From Hydrogenophilaceae bacterium (GTDB lineage Bacteria; Pseudomonadota; Gammaproteobacteria; Burkholderiales; Thiobacillaceae), in the NCBI GenBank assembly GCA_031426815.1, contig JASJPG010000027.1, positions 15,814-79,813 of the forward strand: a stretch of 64,000 nucleotides of DNA, written 5' to 3'. Under the pieces are notes generated by a model. It made no database searches, had not been told where the DNA came from, and was given only the letters and a program-made list of their open reading frames with translations. Shown here piece by piece: positions 60,222 through 64,000 of this stretch. Position numbers and translations under genes: made by a program. Numbering within the stretch: the stretch's first letter is position 1; every line of letters begins with the position of its first letter.

Positions 60222-60443
60222 TAATAGTCGGGGTATTTTGACACCAGCATCCATGCGGGCTCCCGCCATGCACAAGAGATAGTCCGTCCTATTTCGCACA
60301 CAATTAGGCGGAATATCCCCTAAATACATCCATCTTCTGCCCATGCAGACTTCGCACCACTCATCGCATACATCAATTGTGCGGGGGTGGCCGAGATGGG
60401 TTAGCTCTAATTGAAGTACGGCCATTCCTGCAAAAGGAAAATT

Positions 60444-60704
60444 ATGGCTGTAACTCAACCGGTCGTCATTCTTCGGCGGCCTTCAGTGCAAGCATGCACG
60501 GGCATGTCTCGTTCTCAACTGTACGACATGTGCGCAAAGGGCACCTTTCCAACTCCAATCCGCCTTTCGCGAAGGACAGTTGGTTGGATCGAATCTGAGG
60601 TGCAAGCATTTCTTCAAGCCCGTATCGAAGAATCTCGCGCCCAGCCGCTCGGTGTCAAAACCCCCGCTGTCGCCAAATCCCTCAATGGAAAGGATCAATC
60701 ATGA
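60444..60704 (+). CDS. alpA: AlpA-family phage/island transcriptional regulator
   Basis: AAGGA lies upstream of the ATG. ILRRPSVQACTGMSRSQLYDMCAKGTFPTPIRLSRRTVGWIESEVQAFL is the AlpA/Phage_AlpA HTH pattern. Confidence 0.8.
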   Translation: MAVTQPVVILRRPSVQACTGMSRSQLYDMCAKGTFPTPIRLSRRTVGWIESEVQAFLQARIEESRAQPLGVKTPAVAKSLNGKDQS

Positions 60705-61136
60705 ACACCATCGCTACCACCACGTCTGCAACTCCCGCTCCCGTCATGACCACGAGTCACATGCCCACTGCTGCTGTCCCCGTTGTTTACCAATATGAAG
60801 GAATCAAAATGAACGCCACCGAAAACACCGTCGAATTTGCAACCGAAACCAACGCTATCGAGCCTGTTGCTGCTCCCGTGAATGTCAGCACGGCGGCCAA
60901 CGAAGCTGAAGCCGTCGTTACCCAGAATGCGGCTAATGATCGTAAACAGCGCGTGAAAAAGTTGGACCCGAAGAAGATCACGGCCAAGTTTGGATTGCCG
61001 GTTGCTGCGTCTGCTCCTAGCACCGAGAAGAAACGCGTACTCAGATTTAGCATTCCCGGCCCGGTGGATGCAGATGCGGCAAACGATGCCAATGTCCAGG
61101 AAGTCATCAGCTTCGTTAACGAGGTGAGTACCACCC
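60701..61136 (+). CDS. Hypothetical island protein, probably 3'-truncated at the island/chromosome junction
   Basis: The ATGA start is coupled to the alpA stop. After about residue 145 the frame runs antisense into the high-GC DUF1501 gene. The ORF-track end at 61435 is therefore spurious. Confidence 0.4.
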
Positions 61137-62378
61137 TCACACCAGAAACCCTACCGACCCCGCGCCATACCCCGGTATCACCAGACCAGGATCAGCCAAA
61201 CCCAGCACGCGATTCAGGCATTCGGCATACACATTGCGAAAGTCGATGGTATGCGCCAGATAGCGGCCTTCGTGAAGTCGATCCGGCGCCAATCCCGGCC
61301 AACCGGCACCGGTGTAGATACCGCCGCGCACGCCTGCCCCTATCGCCAGCCATGTCGTGGCATTGCCGTGGTCGGTGCCGTAGCTGCCGTTTTCGGCGGC
61401 GGTGCGGCCGAATTCGCTGGTCGCCAGCAGCGTGACGCGGTCTCCGTAACCGCTCAGATCCTGGAAAAAAGCCCCGACCGAATCGGCAAACTGCTTCAGC
61501 AGCAAAGCCATCTGCCCCGTCGGCTTGCCGCCGCCCTGGCCACGGTGGCTATCCCAACCGCCCAGGTCCAGAGTGATCACCTCCAACCCCGGCTTGCCCT
61601 TCACCAAAGCCGCCGCCTGGCGCATCTGAGTGCCGAAAGTGGTGGCCGGATAAACCGCACCGCCCTCCACCGGCAAGTAGTTGATCGTCGTCAACTCGCC
61701 CATTTCCGGAAGCAACTGGCTCGCCGCGTTGTGCAGCGCAGCCGCGCTGGCATTTCCGACTGCGGGCGTGCGGCCATATTCCGCCGCCACCAAAGCACTC
61801 AGCATGTCCCGATCCTGCTGTGTGTTCGCCAGCATCAACCCGCTCAAGGTCGAATAAGCCGGCACGGACAAGGCCCCATTCAAGCTACGGGGAACGCCCG
61901 CCGTCAGGCTGAGTACGCGTTGAGCCACGCTGCCACCGGGCGTAGCCGCCAAATAGCGCGCCAGCCAACCGCTGGAAGCCGGCGTGATCGCCGCATCTTC
62001 CACGATGTCCTGCCCCTCGAAATGCGAGTGGGATGCGTCTGGATACAGCACCGCCGGCAGCACCGCCACGCGGCCCTCTTGATACAAAGCATGGATCGGC
62101 GCCATGGCCGGCGGAAAGCCGAAGAACCCATCCAGATCGAGCGCCGAATTCGCATCGCCGGCAGAAGGCTGCGCAATGCGAATCGTCGGGCGCAGGCTGT
62201 GATATGCGTCCTCGCCATAAGGAACCGCCACATTCAGGCCATCCCAACCGCCGCGCAAAAACACCACCACCAACACCCGCCCATTTCCCGCCGCGCGCGC
62301 CATGCCCGGCCCGCCCAGACCGCTCCCCAGCATCAACCCGCTGCCCAACATCCGCTTGAGAAAGGTTCTACGTTTCAT
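61137..62378 (-). CDS. DUF1501-domain (sulfatase-like) protein with Tat signal
   Basis: Twin-arginine motif MKRRTFLKRML. 413 aa. The SEFGRT...GTDHG pattern is typical of DUF1501. Confidence 0.85.
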   Translation of the reverse strand: MKRRTFLKRMLGSGLMLGSGLGGPGMARAAGNGRVLVVVFLRGGWDGLNVAVPYGEDAYHSLRPTIRIAQPSAGDANSALDLDGFFGFPPAMAPIHALYQEGRVAVLPAVLYPDASHSHFEGQDIVEDAAITPASSGWLARYLAATPGGSVAQRVLSLTAGVPRSLNGALSVPAYSTLSGLMLANTQQDRDMLSALVAAEYGRTPAVGNASAAALHNAASQLLPEMGELTTINYLPVEGGAVYPATTFGTQMRQAAALVKGKPGLEVITLDLGGWDSHRGQGGGKPTGQMALLLKQFADSVGAFFQDLSGYGDRVTLLATSEFGRTAAENGSYGTDHGNATTWLAIGAGVRGGIYTGAGWPGLAPDRLHEGRYLAHTIDFRNVYAECLNRVLGLADPGLVIPGYGAGSVGFLV

Positions 62379-62483
62379 GCTGGAAACCTCAGTTGGTCAT
62401 GTGTATATCGCTCGAAAGCAGCGTGGATAGAGACATGAGGGGATTTTTGTTGCATCACCCACCTGGTGAGTGGCGAAACCACG

Positions 62484-62544
62484 CGTAGGAGTACCTCCAA
62501 GGCGCGATTGTTCCGGGCTTCGCGCCTTGGAAGGCGCTCCTACG
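62484..62544. repeat. REP-like long palindrome
   Basis: CGTAGGAG-TA-CCTCCAAGGCGCG...CGCGCCTTGGAAGG-CG-CTCCTACG lies in the 210-nt DUF1800-DUF1501 gap. Confidence 0.6.
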
Positions 62545-62588
62545 ACACCGGCAACTGCGCGAAATAGGTTCATGCTTGCGGCCTCCCG

Positions 62589-63989
62589 CTATTGATATTG
62601 ATATTCCGGCAACACCGTCAGCGCCTTGCCCAGGCTGCGCAAACGCTGCTCGGCATCCGGCGACCAGGAGTAGTAAGGCTTGCCACCCTCCCCGGTCAGC
62701 AACGACATGCCCAACTCCCAATGTCGGCGGGTCCAGATCGGCCCCAGGGTCAGGTCCAGCATGCGCCCGACCACCCCCTCGGCAGTCTCCAGCCCATCGC
62801 CCTGCATCAGACCCGTCAAGTGGAACAGCGTGCTGCCGCCTCTCGGCACGGCAGCCAAAGCGCGATCCACAAACCGCACCCGGTTCAGCAACATGCTGGT
62901 AGAGACCCAGTCCGCTCCCGTTTCGGGATAACCGGTAGGCGCCGGAAACACGAACAAACCCATGCCCATACGCTGCGTCTCCAGTGCCAGATCGTCGCCG
63001 CTCGTCTCGCCATCCAGGTTGCGCACCAGGCCTACCGTCAATTCCAGCGGCGTCTTCAGCTTGCTGCCCCGGTTGGCGGTTCCCAAAAAGGTCTGGGACG
63101 ACAGAATCGACCACAACACCTGGGCCATCTGATCCGGCGCATCCACCGTGCCGACAAACACCCCGGCGCACTGCTGGATCAGGCTATTCACCGGCACATC
63201 TCTGACCAATAGGGTCACCAGCTTGCCGCACACGAACTTGGCCGTAGATGGATGCCGCGCCACCAAATCCAGCACCGCCTCGCCGTCGGCCAGACCGCCA
63301 TTTGCCGGCAGCGTCGCCCCCAGCAGCACCTTCTCACCGTTGTCGTGCAAGTCGGCGTTAAACACAAACTGGCCATCGATCACCGTCCAGCCGGTAAAAG
63401 CCCGCGCCGCCGCCACCACATCCTGCTGGGTATAGCCGCCGGAGACCCCCAACGTATGCAGCTCCTGCAACTCGCGGGCGTAATTCTCGTTGGGCCGTTT
63501 CTTCATATTGGACACGCCATCCAGGCTATTCAGCATGGCCGGACTCTTCGCGCTCACTGCCAGCAGATCGCGGAAACGACCCAACGCATGGGTGCGGAAA
63601 CCCGCCATCTCCTGACGCTCGTATTCCGGATTCAAATGCTTGTAATAGTTGGTATTGAAGTGGTTTTCCCAGAACCAGGTCATCACTTCCTGCAACTGTC
63701 GGCGGCTATACACCGCATGGCGCAGATAGTCCGTCGCCAGATGCCCGCCCAGGTCCACCCACCCCTGTTGGCGCTGAACAAACTCGCCATCGTCGACGCC
63801 TTCTGGATGCAATTGCTGCCAGAGATAATTGGTGACGCCACTCCCCACCACCGCCGCCATCTGACCGGGCTCAGCGCCAAAAGCCGTGCGCCGCAACACA
63901 TGCCAGGCCTGGCCGAAAGCATCGCTCGGCTGCAACCGCAACGTTTTCACCGTCGTATTCCCCGCCCCATCGCGGGCTGTCAGCGTCAA
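62589..63989 (-). CDS. DUF1800-domain protein (N-terminus may extend beyond window)
   Basis: The LRRTAFGAEPG pattern is typical of DUF1800. It is paired with DUF1501 downstream. The frame is still open at the window edge. Confidence 0.8.
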   Translation of the reverse strand: MTLTARDGAGNTTVKTLRLQPSDAFGQAWHVLRRTAFGAEPGQMAAVVGSGVTNYLWQQLHPEGVDDGEFVQRQQGWVDLGGHLATDYLRHAVYSRRQLQEVMTWFWENHFNTNYYKHLNPEYERQEMAGFRTHALGRFRDLLAVSAKSPAMLNSLDGVSNMKKRPNENYARELQELHTLGVSGGYTQQDVVAAARAFTGWTVIDGQFVFNADLHDNGEKVLLGATLPANGGLADGEAVLDLVARHPSTAKFVCGKLVTLLVRDVPVNSLIQQCAGVFVGTVDAPDQMAQVLWSILSSQTFLGTANRGSKLKTPLELTVGLVRNLDGETSGDDLALETQRMGMGLFVFPAPTGYPETGADWVSTSMLLNRVRFVDRALAAVPRGGSTLFHLTGLMQGDGLETAEGVVGRMLDLTLGPIWTRRHWELGMSLLTGEGGKPYYSWSPDAEQRLRSLGKALTVLPEYQYQ

Positions 63990-64000
63990 ATCAATCGGCA

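Noticed and set aside
61121-61150. CACACCAGAAAC near the island/chromosome junction as a possible attR repeat of the tRNA-Arg 3' end (GCGCACCAGTAAGAAC).
   Set aside because: Only about 8 contiguous matching bases, which is not distinguishable from chance. The junction is better explained by deletion.
62397-62573. 58-aa minus-strand ORF with a GGGAGG SD in the DUF1800-DUF1501 gap.
   Set aside because: It is translated straight through the REP-like palindrome. The composition is unprotein-like and there is no TM segment or motif. It is probably fortuitous.

Overview
High-GC, densely coding chromosomal segment. The gene order looks betaproteobacterial, which is an inference from synteny, not a search result. 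About 90% of the window is housekeeping. It contains xthA, pyrE, gatCAB, a long cell-wall and shape cluster (mreBCD, mrdA, rodA, rlpA, a DD-carboxypeptidase, a D-amino-acid aminotransferase, ybeD-like, lipB), ilvE, hemN, a phosphomannomutase/phosphoglucomutase, purEK, purMN, dsbD with a TlpA-like gene, ttcA, apaH, ppc, a complete cbb3 oxidase locus (ccoI, ccoS, ccoNOQP, ccoG, ccoH), pdxA, rsmA, lysC, and tRNA-Ser(GCU) plus tRNA-Arg(ACG). Accessory or unusual content: (1) tandem periplasmic DUF302 paralogs, followed by a secreted, nearly charge-free Q/P/N/F-rich protein with exact 17-aa N[LF]FG repeats. (2) An exbB-exbD-tonB-Sel1 operon whose TonB has a spacer of about 430 aa rich in Ala, Gly and Ser. 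(3) An orphan promoter, structured region and double terminator between hemN and the PMM/PGM gene, which is a candidate sRNA with two CCUCCC motifs. (4) A PEP-CTERM protein in an AT-richer patch. (5) A DsbD with a duplicated N-terminal domain. (6) A decayed IS110/IS1111-type element with an in-frame-deleted transposase and a 450-nt structured 3' region. (7) A chemoreceptor with a CXXCH motif in its periplasmic domain. (8) A 44-aa membrane ORF after ccoH that is absent from the ORF track. (9) A decayed integrative-element remnant at tRNA-Arg with an integrase C-terminal fragment and AlpA. (10) A DUF1800/DUF1501 pair. I saw no CRISPR array, rRNA or recognisable defence system. All family assignments come from motif recognition by eye and need HMM or BLAST confirmation.
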